A DNA stretch of 64,000 nucleotides from Candidatus Poribacteria bacterium (GTDB taxonomy: Bacteria > Poribacteria > WGA-4E > WGA-3G): positions 5,152,001-5,216,000 of the forward strand of contig OZ251518.1 of the NCBI GenBank assembly GCA_965242965.1, given 5' to 3'. Position numbers and translations under genes: made by a program. The notes under the pieces were generated by a model, which was not told the DNA's origin, searched no databases, and saw only the letters and a program-made list of their open reading frames with translations. Below, piece by piece: positions 1 through 11,381 of the stretch. Each line of letters begins with the position of its first letter. The first letter of the stretch is position 1.

Positions 1-462
1 CTGCCCGGGTCCCGTGAAAAGGGTATCAATCGGCACGGAACGTTCACCGTCTGCACTCGCGATGTCCACCTGTGCGTCCAATGCGAGCAAGGCTGCAACC
101 GTATCGGCAGCCGGCGAGGCGTGAGCGATGTTACCGCCAATCGTCGCCAGATTGCGAATCTGGATAGAACCGATTTCCTCGGCACCTTCCGCCAAGGCGG
201 TATAGCCGTTCTGAATTTCATCGGACAATTCAATATCCCGCACTTTCGTCATCGCGCCGATGGATACCCCGCCGGCGTAGTTTGTGATACCCGCGAGGCC
301 GGCAATTTTCTGCAGACTGATGACAGATTGCGGCGTTTCGGTAAGTGCCTTCATACCGATAACCAGGTCTGTCCCACCGGCGAGGAGTTGTGCATGCTCC
401 GCCGCGAACAGGCGCGATGCCTCCGCAAGCGTGGTGGGTTCAAAAAACTCAAAACTTCTCAC
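1..462 (-). CDS. Xanthine/CO dehydrogenase family FAD-binding subunit (CoxM-like), runs off window edge
   Basis: Not in ORF track. GTG at 462 after GGAGG; translation has F-FFEPTTLAEA, LAGGTDL and IGSIQIRNLATIGGNIAHASPAAD, typical of the FAD_binding_5 family. Confidence 0.9.
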   Translation of the reverse strand, partial: MRSFEFFEPTTLAEASRLFAAEHAQLLAGGTDLVIGMKALTETPQSVISLQKIAGLAGITNYAGGVSIGAMTKVRDIELSDEIQNGYTALAEGAEEIGSIQIRNLATIGGNIAHASPAADTVAALLALDAQVDIASADGERSVPIDTLFTGPGQ

Positions 463-561
463 ATTTAATCCTCCGTTTTATTCTGTTCTGCGCGGTTTTT
501 CCGCCCAATAATTATGATACCCTATTCGCGCGTGTTTGTCAACCTTAATGTGCATGCCACA

Positions 562-1806
562 TTAGGGAATCGGCCAACCCGGTGTCGGTTCAGCGCGGAG
601 TGCCTCAAGTTCGTAAAGTTCATCGACGGTGATCTCGCGGCCAAGTTTGGCCGATAAGAGCGAACCGCTCATAATCTCCGCGACCTTCACGCCCAAATCG
701 CCGTTGCTGACAGGTTGCGCGTCGCTGTTACAAGCATTGAGGAAATCAAGGAACTTATCCGGGAATTCCCGTGCCGGCAGTTCCAACGGCGTTTCCACGA
801 GTTTGCCCTGATAACGGCGGCGATTCCCCTGTGCATCGGTATCCCACGTTCCGTTCTCAAGAAAGAGTGCATCGTTGCTGAACGCGCCCTTGGAACCGAA
901 AATAAAGATACCTTGCGGCTGCCCGCTCATATTACTGGCCCAGCCGTTTTCATAGGTAAACGACATGCCGTTGGTAAAGCGGACAAACGCCGAGGCGTGC
1001 TCCTCAACATCGTTAATCTCCTCGCCGGTGTATTCAGGTAACATGCCGCGATAGGCGATGCCGCTAATCGTAGCAGGCTGCGGCGAACCCAGCAGATAGA
1101 GGGAACGGTTGATGAGGTAGACACCGGTGTCGTAGATAGTGCCGCCGCCGCTGTAAACCGAATTGAGGAACCACCTGCCGAAACCAAACATATCCACATT
1201 CGGGCGGCCGCGCGTGCGGTAACTGGTGAGTCTGCCATAGTAGACATCGCCCAGTTTGCCGCCGGTAATGTAGTCCCTGATAGCGTAACTTTTGGAATCA
1301 AGGCAGGTGCCGCCACTTTGGTAAGCGAGTTTCACGCCTGCCTTATCGCACGCGTCGCGCATGTTCCTTGCCTCTGTCGCTGTGCGCGCCATCGGTTTCT
1401 CGCAGAAAACGTGCTTACCGGCGTTTGCTGCCGCTACGGTGGCAGGTTCATGGACGAACGGCGGCGCGGCGATGCTGATAGCATCAAGTTCACACTCCCG
1501 CAACATCTCGTTGTAGTCACTGAAGATTTTGACACCGTTGTCCTGATATGCCGCCAAGCGCGCGCTTCGTGCAGTAAGTAATTCGCGTGTTTCGGCGGTA
1601 TCTGCCTTCTCTGCTTCCTCTTTTGCGGATGCCGCGCGGGAGGCCGCGCTAGAAAACACCTCGGCGTGCCGCCGTTTGGCATTCGCGTCCACCGTATCGC
1701 AGACAGCGACGATTTCCGCGTGTTCCGGATGCGCAAGGTAGCCGTTGATATGTGAACCGGATATCATGCCGCACCCAATCAGTCCGAGCTTAATGCGTTT
1801 CGCCAT
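562..1806 (-). CDS. Gfo/Idh/MocA family oxidoreductase
   Basis: IGCGMIS Rossmann motif, KHVFCEKP, GGG-IYDTGVY; ATG at 1806 has AGGAG RBS. Confidence 0.9.
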   Translation of the reverse strand: MAKRIKLGLIGCGMISGSHINGYLAHPEHAEIVAVCDTVDANAKRRHAEVFSSAASRAASAKEEAEKADTAETRELLTARSARLAAYQDNGVKIFSDYNEMLRECELDAISIAAPPFVHEPATVAAANAGKHVFCEKPMARTATEARNMRDACDKAGVKLAYQSGGTCLDSKSYAIRDYITGGKLGDVYYGRLTSYRTRGRPNVDMFGFGRWFLNSVYSGGGTIYDTGVYLINRSLYLLGSPQPATISGIAYRGMLPEYTGEEINDVEEHASAFVRFTNGMSFTYENGWASNMSGQPQGIFIFGSKGAFSNDALFLENGTWDTDAQGNRRRYQGKLVETPLELPAREFPDKFLDFLNACNSDAQPVSNGDLGVKVAEIMSGSLLSAKLGREITVDELYELEALRAEPTPGWPIP

Positions 1807-1860
1807 GGTAATGCTCCTATAGCCGTTGAACGCCGCTAAAGTTCGCAATTCGTCCCGGCT

Positions 1861-2526
1861 TTACAGGTATCCTGTCGGGGTATGTCCCGCCCCAACTTTG
1901 ACGTGGGTATCTGCCAACTGTGCTTGCACGTGTTCAATGCACTCTTGGAGATTCTTGAACGGCGAGCGCGGATAGGATTCAATGCTAAAATTCAGATCAT
2001 TCTCGCCGAAGGTTACCATATCCACGCCGGGCTTCGCCAACTTGCGGACGTTAATGACAGCATCCACCGACTCAATTTGCAAGATGAGGATACCGTTATT
2101 GTTCCACCACTCGGCGTATTCCAAACGGCCCATCCCGCTCTGGATGCCGTAGCCGTTGCTCGGCCCCCAACTTCGTTTGCCGATTTGCGGATAGTAGAAA
2201 GCATCGACTGCCTCATCCACCGTTTCGACGCTCTCCACTTGCGGAACGACAATCGCGAGCGGTCCCAAATCCAGCAGATTGCCGATGAGATAGGCGTGGC
2301 GCGTATGCTTAATCCGGAGTTGCACGCCAACGCCGAGTTCCGCCGCCATTTTGCAGTAATCCACCAGCAGCACTTCGTCTGCAGCTGCATGCTGATGGTC
2401 TGCCCCGATAAGCGCGTAGTCGTCTCGGCTGAGAACGGCCGCCATTTCGTCTTGAGTGCAACCGAAGGGAACGCCGCTTGCAACTTTGATCGCCTCTTTA
2501 TTGCGAATTCGCTGTTTCAAAGACAT
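1861..2526 (-). CDS. HpcH/HpaI aldolase family protein
   Basis: DHQH, LDLG--IVVPQVES, YPQIGKRSWG, QIES, FGENDL motifs; AGGAGG before ATG 2526. Confidence 0.85.
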   Translation of the reverse strand: MSLKQRIRNKEAIKVASGVPFGCTQDEMAAVLSRDDYALIGADHQHAAADEVLLVDYCKMAAELGVGVQLRIKHTRHAYLIGNLLDLGPLAIVVPQVESVETVDEAVDAFYYPQIGKRSWGPSNGYGIQSGMGRLEYAEWWNNNGILILQIESVDAVINVRKLAKPGVDMVTFGENDLNFSIESYPRSPFKNLQECIEHVQAQLADTHVKVGAGHTPTGYL

Positions 2527-2630
2527 TGGGCTCTCCTCCTGAGGTGATATGACATCTATTATAGCGATTTTTTGTTTTTTGTCAAGTTTTTTAAGTATTC
2601 GCATATTTTGCATCATCTCAGTCCTCCCCA

Positions 2631-2682
2631 GTAGGAGAGACCTCCCGGTCTCGATGCAGGACTCCCGGTCTCGATGCAGGAC
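2631..2682 (+). repeat. REP type C (GTAGGAGAGACCTCCCGGTCTCGATG) with 20-bp tandem duplication
   Basis: GAGACC/GGTCTC palindrome; CTCCCGGTCTCGATGCAGGA occurs twice in tandem. Confidence 0.85.
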
Positions 2683-2744
2683 TTGAAAATTTTCCGAAAT
2701 TTTGATATGCTATATGACATTACGAAGGTAGGGGAGAATAACGC

Positions 2745-3569
2745 ATGCACACTATCCATTCCACTTTGACTGAGGAAGAAAAGTGGTATTTCGATTTACA
2801 CGGATTTCTCGTTTTACGGGATGTCATCCCGAAAGACGAAGTCGCGGAGATGCTCAAGGTGCTTCGGCACTGGCTAACGATTGACGAGGCAGACATCCCA
2901 CCGCCGTTAAAACGGAGCCGACAGGAACCGTGTAAAACGCACATCGATCATGTTCAATACGGACATCCATTGTTTGAAGAATTGGCGATGAATCGTGAGA
3001 TTATGCGGGTTGTGGCGGGGTTAACGATGAACGCGCCGCGCTTATTCCACTGCAATTTCACGATGATGACGAAGCACGATTCACCACAGCACTTCCATCG
3101 CGATGACAGCGGGTTTAAGTTCCCACCGGGCTTCCGCAATCCGCACAACGATTATCAGGCCGCCGCAGGACATATCTACTGTAGCCATATCGCAACGTGG
3201 GTTGCGCTCGTGGATGTGCCGCCGGACACCGGTTTCTGTCTCGTCCCCGGCAGTCATAAATCCGAGTTTTCGACACCGGCGGATTTGCCCGTGAAACATG
3301 CGCCGCCGACATCCATCACGCTGCCGATGAACGCAGGCGATGTCGCAATCTTCTCTACGAATCTCCTCCACGATGCAAGCCCGTGGACAGAAGAAAGCCC
3401 GCGCATGAACATCTTTCAACGTTATCAACTGAGTGCCTATTTCAACGAGACAGGGAAGGGCGGCTATCCGCTAGACGAACATCGCGATAAAATCTCGGCG
3501 GCACAATATGAATTGGAATCTCTCTCAAAAGAGGTGAAAGTCGCGGTAAAACGCATTTTGCCAGATTGA
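2745..3569 (+). CDS. Phytanoyl-CoA dioxygenase (PhyH) family protein
   Basis: FDLHGFLVL, HRD, VPGSHK, AGDV-IF---LLH iron-binding motifs. Confidence 0.9.
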   Translation: MHTIHSTLTEEEKWYFDLHGFLVLRDVIPKDEVAEMLKVLRHWLTIDEADIPPPLKRSRQEPCKTHIDHVQYGHPLFEELAMNREIMRVVAGLTMNAPRLFHCNFTMMTKHDSPQHFHRDDSGFKFPPGFRNPHNDYQAAAGHIYCSHIATWVALVDVPPDTGFCLVPGSHKSEFSTPADLPVKHAPPTSITLPMNAGDVAIFSTNLLHDASPWTEESPRMNIFQRYQLSAYFNETGKGGYPLDEHRDKISAAQYELESLSKEVKVAVKRILPD

Positions 3570-3621
3570 TAAAAACCCACAGTCGCGGTTGAAAACCGCG
3601 CTTCCTCAACGGAGGTAAACA

Positions 3622-4386
3622 GTGAATTTAAACGAACAGGTATGTATCATCACAGGCGGTGGCAGCGGCATCGGCCGCGGTGCCGCCATCAGACTCGCAC
3701 AAGACGGTGCCACGATTGTCATTGCCGGTAGAACAGCAGCGAAATTGGATGCCGTCGCCGCCGAAATCGAGGCAGTAGGTGGAACCGCTGCAGCCTATAT
3801 CCTCGATGTGGCAGATTACCCGGCTGTCCAAAAAATGGCAGACGACGTGCTTGAGAAATTCGGACGCATCGATGTGTTGGTAAACAACGCCGGGCACAGT
3901 TCGCTGCATCGGCGGCTCCTCAACACTACACCCGAAGAGGTGCGTTCAGTCATTGATTCAAACCTCATCGGCACATTTTTCTGCACCCAAGCAGTCGTCC
4001 CTGCGATGCTGAAAGCAAAATCGGGCACAATCATCAACATCTCGTCGCTCGCAGCGGTTACGCCGGGCCCATTTAGCGGCTTTCCGTACGGCGCGGCGAA
4101 GGCGGCAGTTATCAACTTCACCGAGTTCCTTAACACGGATTTGAGGAACACAGGGATTCGCGCGAGCGTTATTATCCCAGGTGAGGTAGTCACGCCGATT
4201 TTGGATAACCGTCCGGTCCCGCCAGATGCCGAAGCACGCAAAATGATGGTAGACGTTGACGAAACGTCCGCCGCGATTCACCTCATCGTGTCGCTACCGC
4301 AACGGAGCAACATCCCCGAGCTGGTCATCCGTCCGACGATGCATCGGAGCACCGCAGGAGAACTCGTTCAGTTCAATGAACCTTAG
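3622..4386 (+). CDS. SDR family oxidoreductase
   Basis: TGGGSGIG, NNAG, YGAAK motifs. Confidence 0.95.
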   Translation: MNLNEQVCIITGGGSGIGRGAAIRLAQDGATIVIAGRTAAKLDAVAAEIEAVGGTAAAYILDVADYPAVQKMADDVLEKFGRIDVLVNNAGHSSLHRRLLNTTPEEVRSVIDSNLIGTFFCTQAVVPAMLKAKSGTIINISSLAAVTPGPFSGFPYGAAKAAVINFTEFLNTDLRNTGIRASVIIPGEVVTPILDNRPVPPDAEARKMMVDVDETSAAIHLIVSLPQRSNIPELVIRPTMHRSTAGELVQFNEP

Positions 4387-4397
4387 GGAGGACGCGC

Positions 4398-5393
4398 CTA
4401 CCGGTAAATTGACGTTTCAGGGTGATAACGCGCCCAAGCGAACCAATAAATATTGACAGCCGGCAGCCGCTCTAATTTGCGGTTGTCGGCTGTCGCTTTA
4501 CCGGTGATGAGATTCCATTGCGTGCCCGAGTCGTCTTGCGCAAAATAGCCGCTGTTATCTCCGTTTGCAAAGGATAGGACGGTATCCTCCAAAGTCCGCG
4601 CGAAAACCGCCGTTGCAAACGAATCTTTATCATGGAAGACGAGAAGCGGCACCCCATCAACGTCATCGTTAATGAACGAGGTTTCTGTAAACAGCGTCAG
4701 CGGATAAGCGCGATAAGTATCCGCAACCTGAACGCCGATAACAAGCGACTTATTAGGAAGCCTATCGTCGGTGTAGTCCATCCCGCTCACGCCGGCGTGT
4801 TGACTGGCGTGGTAGTCTGCATAGACATCGCGACTTTTATCCTCCTGCCTTCCGTTCCTTGATAGGACAGAGAGCACGCGCGTCTCCGGATAGTTCATCC
4901 GCCACGTCTTCCACGCAATTTGTGGCATGGAAGCGAGCATTTTTAACCGCTTGCCCTTGAGCGTGCCTCGTATCGCCTCTCCCGTAATGTGGGACCAGAG
5001 GGATTGCGTCCCGTGGTCATACATTAAAAGCGCGTCTCGCCACAACTTGCCGCTGACACCGAACGTATAGGTTTTACCATCCAATTCCCGGCTATACACG
5101 ATAGCGGTTTTGCAAAGCGGTCACCACGTCGTCGCAATGTTCTCTCCGCCGACGCTGTCGTTAACAATTTCGTGCCCATTGAGCAGATAGAGCGAATAGG
5201 CGCGGCTTTCGCCGTTGATTGCCACCCCGATGACAGGCGCATCGGGGGCCAACTTCGCTTCATCGGCAGAAACAAATTGCGGTTCGGTGATGGCAGGAAT
5301 GGCATCAAAAGGCAGCAATGTCCGAACCGGGTCTTCGGCATCAGCAACGGCCGAGAAAAGTAGCAATGAGAGAATAAGAAGGTAATTTTTCAT
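4398..5393 (-). CDS. DUF3179-family secreted protein, probable selenoprotein (in-frame UGA at 5121-5123)
   Basis: ORFs 5121..5393 and 4398..5099 are in the same frame, joined by TGG-TGA-CCG-CTT-TGC (W-U-P-L-C) where the family has CPLC; DAIPAI, HEIVND, FGVSGKL and YWFAW motifs. Confidence 0.85.
5088..5123 (-). promoter_or_regulatory. Candidate bacterial SECIS element
   Basis: Stem GCTAT/ATAGC with loop CGTGT; loop starts 21 nt after the UGA. Confidence 0.55.
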
Positions 5394-5509
5394 GATTAAA
5401 TGAAAGGCAATTGTAGGCTATCCTTTTTATCTATACCAGTTTGCTTTTGATGCCCTGGCTTTTTATGGGCGGAATGCGGACTTTCATTCGTGTCCCCAGA
5501 GACTGAAGC

Positions 5510-6362
5510 AAGAGAGGAGCAGGATTTGCAGGATTAGCAAGAGTGGAGCAAGTGACTGTAGTTCGGGAGCGCCTGATCCCGAACGGTGCAAGAGCAAGGT
5601 CGCCTCACCTACCGTAGCGCGGGGGCCTGTCCCCCGCGATCGCACCCGTGAAAAAAATCTCTTCAGGGCCTTTAGGTCCTGCATGTCTATAGAAACCCCG
5701 ACCCAAAAAAACTAAGGTCCTTTAGGTCCTTAATACGCAGCAGATGCATCGCCGCGGGGAACATTAAGGTCCTAAAGGACCTTGAGGACTTAGCGGGCCG
5801 CGTATACTATAGACATTAAGGTCCTACGGACCTTGAGAAGACCGTAGTTCGGGATCGCCTGCTCCCGAACGGATGCATGGCGAAGAGAATCCCTTCCTGG
5901 CCCGTAGCGCGGGGGCCTGTCCCCCGCGATCGCCCGATCTACGCGAAAACCGAACGCCAGCCAAAGCCGTTTCCCTCTCGATCGCGGCACGGCGAGGGAC
6001 AGGCCCTCGCCCTACGGGAGAACGACACCTCTTCAGGTCCTTTAGGTCCTGCATGTCTATAGAAACCCCGACCAAAAAAACGCTAAGGTCCTTTAGGTCC
6101 TTAATACGCAGCACACGCAACGCTGCAAGAAAACATTAAGGTCCTAAAGGACCTTGAGGACTTGGCTGTCTGCGTATACTATAGACATTAAGGTCCTAAA
6201 GGACCTTGAAGAGACAGAAGCCGTTCATCTTGAAAATGCTCGGATGCGGCCCTCTTTGTAGGGCAAGAGCACCTGCTCTTGATCCGTTCGGGAGCGGGCG
6301 CTCCCGAACTACAGATGTCGGCAGGTCGAGCGATCGCGGGGGACAGGCCCCCGCGCTACGGT
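5510..6362. repeat. Composite REP cluster (types A, B, D plus two ~180-bp AGGTCCT-AGGACCT modules)
   Basis: GTAGCGCGGGGGCCTGTCCCCCGCG, GGCGAGGGACAGGCCCTCGCCCTAC, GTAGTTCGGGA.CGCCTG.TCCCGAAC; near-identical modules at about 5660-5840 and 6030-6210. Confidence 0.9.
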
Positions 6363-6367
6363 GCATC

Positions 6368-6408
6368 AAAAAAACGCGCGGGCGACACCCAAAGGCACCG
6401 CCCGCGCG
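6368..6408 (-). terminator. Intrinsic terminator of the lamin-tail gene
   Basis: CGCGCGGGCG/CGCCCGCGCG stem followed by a T run on the minus strand, just after the stop at 6432. Confidence 0.75.
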
Positions 6409-6431
6409 AGATATGAAAACAACAGCACGAA

Positions 6432-9400
6432 TTACTCCCGCTGCTTGACTTCGCCAAACGTTGTCAACGAACGATTCGCCGGCGAGACGGGACCCGGTAA
6501 GTAACGCCTCCGCAACACCTCCGGCCGCCCACCTAACGAAACCTCTTCGATCTGGTAATAATACTCGACACCAGGCTTCGCAGAGGTATCGGTGAACGTG
6601 TAAGTTTGACGCTCGCCGGTAGTGCCGGCACCGGCGATGAGGACTGGATTCAAGAGCGTGAATCCACTCTCGCGTTTCAGGCTGCGACGCAGGTTAAACC
6701 CTGCATTGTCGACTTCCGATTCGGTTGTCCAAGTGACCACAACCGGACCGGCATCGGTACGCGTGAGGGTGAAACTCGACAACTCCACGGGCAAGGCTCC
6801 GCCTTGACGATACCCCGGCGTGCCGATGTCCTCGGCATGACCATAATGCAGCGACTCAACTTTAAATTTATTGAAATGCGCCGCTAATGCCCAATTGGAC
6901 TTCAACATGCCATCGCGCGCCACCGCGCCTTTGTCATAACGGCGGACGACCGAACTGCGCGCGCCGTCCCGACGATTCGTGGGCCACACCCACACCGGCG
7001 CGTCATCGGTGCGACGATTGTCATCGATGTTCCCGACCTCGTCTATCTTCGTGCCGTTTCGATCGGATAACTTCAGATAGAACCCCTCGCCGCTCAAGAA
7101 GGTATCTCGCGCCGTTTTGATGCGGAGATTCTTCTCGTGGAGTTCGAGGAGATTGTAGACACGGTCTTCAGGGAAAACATCCGCCGATGAAGCGCGGGCA
7201 TCGCCGGCCACTATCAAGAGGGTCTGATTCGGTTGAATCACTTTCTCTTGCAGCGTCAACGTGACAATCGGTCTGCCGACCAAGTCGTGGGAATTCCGAT
7301 TCTGGATCTCCAACTGCCACCGATTCAGATTCAGTGCTTCTGTCTTGGACTTATTGTAGAGTTCGATCCATTGCGGCAATGTGCCACCTTCAGAATCAAA
7401 CATGATTTCGCTGATGGTCACAGCACCTTTTGGCGTAGATGCCTCCGTTTTGACGGCACCATTCGGATAACCCGGCGTGCCGGCTGTCGCCGCCGATTTG
7501 GAGACCTGCCTGTCATAGCCGATACCGGTAAACGCCGCCTCTGCCCAGGCATCTCGATGATACCCAATAATGTCCGCTTTCGCGCGCTGCCAGACCTTGC
7601 CGGAACTTAGCGCGTCCTCAGTGGCATCACCGGGAGCTTCAAGCACCTGCAAGGGCCAGACATGCGTATCGTAGTCACCGGTTTCATCGCGGACAAACGC
7701 ATCCGTATCACTGCCGCCGCCACCGGCGACATCGATGAACGCCTCATCCAAGCCGAGTTTTTCCTTTGCATTGCGGAGAATCAGGAGGAATTTGCCATCA
7801 TCGGGAAGTGAAAGGCCCGCATCCACTAAAGAGGCATGCGATAAGCCTTTATTCTGTCCACCTGCGAGTGGCGTTTTGTCCGAAGGCATGTTGGTAATGA
7901 GCAACAGCCCATTCGCCGGCACACTCACATCGGGGAAGACGATGAGCGAGGTATCCTCTTTCTTGCCATCGGCGACAACGGAGAGCTCCCAGTCTTTCAG
8001 GGAGACATCTGAACCGCTGACATTGCGGAATTCTAGCCAGTCCTCGGTATCCCCGCTACCGTTGCCGAGTTCGTTGAAAACAATCGGAGAACGCGGCACA
8101 GCCGATGCAACCGCCTTCGGATCCGTCTCTACCGGCGGAAGGTAAATCACAGGCTCCGGCGGCACCGGCACATCGAGCGTAACGGGCCCCAGTTCACTCC
8201 CCGACGCATCCTGCAGCGACAATCCACCCTCAAGCGGCGGCGCAACGACACCCGCACCTACCGCCACCCTATCGCTACCCTGAAGCGCGAGACCCGCTTC
8301 ACGATCCACTAGCCGCGTCCCGGCCGGAATACCTAAACGACTCTCCGGATGCACCGTTTGATCTGCCGGATCCAACGCTTGCAAAATAGCCACATCCGAC
8401 GCTTGCAAAACATAAACGAACGGCACAATCGTGGAACCCGAACGCTCCTCGCCTTGCTGCCAAATCGCATCCCGCGCATTCTCGGCAACCTGTTCGCCCA
8501 GATATATCCGCACATACGGCGGATGCTCGCCTTCATACGTCAAACCGGTTGTTGCAAACGGTAACTCAACGGTGAGCTTATCGCCGGCGTTATACACATC
8601 CGCTTCGGGAGCAACAATCTCCGGCGCGCCCACTTCCAACGCCGGCAGCGTCGTGTCTATCGGCACCGTGAAGGTGGCCTCAAGATTGCCGAGGTTGCTA
8701 TTCGCCGCAACCACCGTATCAGCCGGCACTTGGAGCGTCAACTCACCTTTAAAACCGATCTCAGGCACTAACGTCACCTGATACCGCGTGGCATTATCCG
8801 CAATGCCGAGACGGCTAAGCCCTGTCACCGTGCCGTTCTCAACATTCGCCGCCAGCGCGGCTTGCAACGTCGCAAGGGCATCCTCACTTGTGTCATGGAG
8901 CGGCGCGACTTGGAAGTCACTGTAGTCCTCCTGGAACCGCAATGTCACCATAAACGTGCCGGCTTGTGGCCCCGAGGGCACATCGACTATCTCTGTCATC
9001 GCGGCGACATACGCCGCCACTATCCGCGGATAGTGGATAGCCCCCTTCGCGGTATCATACGTGGGCGGAAAGTGGTGAGGAAACTCCGTCCCTATCTGCG
9101 CATAAAACGGTCTCCGGACCATATAGTGAGCTACGGTCCGCGAAAGGCTTTGGTCATCAATGAGTGGGAGGTAGTCAAGAAGACCGTCGTTGTTTCTGTC
9201 AAGCAGCGCTCGATCAACGACGAAAGTCCCGGCGTTATTGTCATCAGCGTTACCGTAGCGACGATACCGCCGCCTATTGACGAGGACGGCGTTTCCCGGG
9301 TCGGGGTCGTATGGTGCGTTCGCTAAAAACTTAGACACGTCGTGAAATTCGTACCATCCATTACCCCAGTCGTCGTTCGGCGCACCAAATGGCACGGCGA

Positions 9401-10711
9401 ATCCAAACTCCCCAATGTGCTCGCCTTGGATTTGCTGGTATGTGAGACCGGCGACAGACGGGAAATCAGCGTATTCGTAATTAGCACCGGCCCCCCAAAG
9501 GTATGGGACATTGAACGGGTTTACGTGAGCGCCATCCCCATCCAACCACTCGCCCAAGTTATTCAGGGAATCATGGTCCGCTCTCACCTTAAATTGGTAG
9601 ACGATGGTATGGTAACCATCCTTTCCCTTATGCCCCCACTCCTCATGGGTGACGGCGGTGTCAACATCCAGATAGGTTATTTGAAGATCCGCCGGTCGGA
9701 ATGTCTCCCCATCCTGCAGTATCCGTTCCAATGGATAATTGGGGTTCAGGATGCCTATCCCCGGAATGCCCACGGCTGCAACGACCGACCCGCCGGCGAG
9801 TTTATCAAGTCGATCCGTGGGGTAATTGCGCGCCCAGACATCGCCTGGCTCGGGGCCCTTTTGACCGGGCTTGAACCATAAGGGCAAATACGGATCGACC
9901 GAGTTGTCCCAGTCGGCGGTACGGGCATTGGCACTGAACGTCCTATCCGCAGGATTCATGAATTCCTTTGCCGCTTTATAGTAAGTCAGTTTGACGTTGA
10001 TGGCAATGGCGACGGTATCCCCGGGGACTACCGTTGTATGTTCCGAGTCGGTGACAAGTCCACTGTTGCCGGATTTGCTCCTATCTTCCACCAGTTCGCC
10101 CGTATCGGGATGGATATCAACCCAGAAGTAGTCGTCATCCACGGCAGCCAGGGTAGTGTCGCCGTCTAGGATTTCCTCATATTCTTTCCATAAGGACGGG
10201 AACAGCCGCGCGCGCCTTTTTTCAAAACCGGGCGGCGTAATAACATGATTCGTGGTGGTGTTTACTTTTTTATAGTCACTGACTATGGTAAGTTCCGCCA
10301 GCGGCGTGGTTTTCGGATTTTTATAGATGCGTATCCACGCAATATCAAAATGATCTGGATGGATAGCGGTCCTATCGCCACCAAAGAAGTTGTCAGGACT
10401 TAAAGCATGCGTGTGCCCGTGGGCTGAATTCGCATCCAGTGTCATACCTCCCGCTGGCAACGGATGGGCTCCCGGGTCGTGGCTTTCTACTGGGGGTGTG
10501 AGCAGCGTCAGCATTCCGAGGGTGAGCAGCAGGCAGCCTGTCAAAACGTGCCGGATGGCGGAGGTTAACGGATATAGAGGACGGGGGGGGTAAACCGGGC
10601 CAGTGTGTCATCGGCACGCGCAAGCACTCGGCATCGCCGCAATAACGCGGTGACGGTGGGTTTCAAGCGGACAGCAATGCCCGCGAAAATGATAGAGAAC
10701 AGGATTCTCAT
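6432..10711 (-). CDS. Large secreted/surface protein with lamin-tail domains and Ig-like region; frameshift in C8 tract near 5' end
   Basis: 1370-aa ORF with IVFNEL..DWLEFRN and VTISEIM..QWIELYN LTD motifs and LPVELSSF C-terminal domain; ATG 10711 with AAGGAG RBS joins it only if the C8 tract (10583-10590) gains one base. Confidence 0.8.
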
Positions 10712-10810
10712 TTGCTTTTTCTCCTTTTAAGTTGACGTAAAAAATGAAATTGGAATTAAACGTTGTATTAATTATACCATTTTTTCGCGTTTTTGTCAAA
10801 TTAAAAATGC

Positions 10811-11290
10811 GAGCAGGATTTACAGGATTATCACGATTAGGAGCAGGATTTACAAGATTATTATGATTAGGCAAGATTATAGACGCTGATGCATCGAATA
10901 CCCCGTGGCAGGCCACAACCGCGCCGATGCACCAGAGCCCTAATCTTGTGAAATCTTGTAAATCTTGTAAATCCTGCTTCAGATGATTGGCATGGCGAGG
11001 GACAGGCCCTCGCCCTACGGTATGCAGCACGTTTTTTTCACCGTAGCGCGGGGGCCTGTCCCCCGCGATCGTTCGACCCGCGCGAAAAACGCACGCCAAC
11101 CAATGCCGTTTTCCCGATCGAGGCATGGCGAGGGACAGGCCCTCGCCCTACGGTATGCAGCACGTTTTTTCACCGTAGCGCGGGGGCCTGTCCCCCGCGA
11201 TCGTTCAATCTACACGAAAACCGCGCGCCAGCCAGGGCCGTTTCCCTCTCGATCGAGGCACGGCGAGGGACAGGCCCTCGCCCTACGGTG
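10811..11290. repeat. 9-mer (AGGATTTAC / AAATCTTGT) inverted arrays plus alternating REP A/B cluster
   Basis: Direct reading; B-spacer-A unit repeated twice with similar spacers. Confidence 0.9.
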
Positions 11291-11381
11291 AAAAAGGAAA
11301 CCATCGAGGTCGGAAATTTTGTTGACAATATCTTCGCGGATGTGATAAACTTTTTAAAAATAAAAAAGTAAGGAGTTTCCA

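Noticed and set aside
5484-6448. ORFs in repeat clusters containing VGRGPVPR / RGTGPRPT / GDRPPRYG (also 10608-11382, 32240-32850, 37854-38163, 49231-49638, 58164-58771, 61342-62055)
   Set aside because: These are translations of REP palindromes with no RBS or domain signal.
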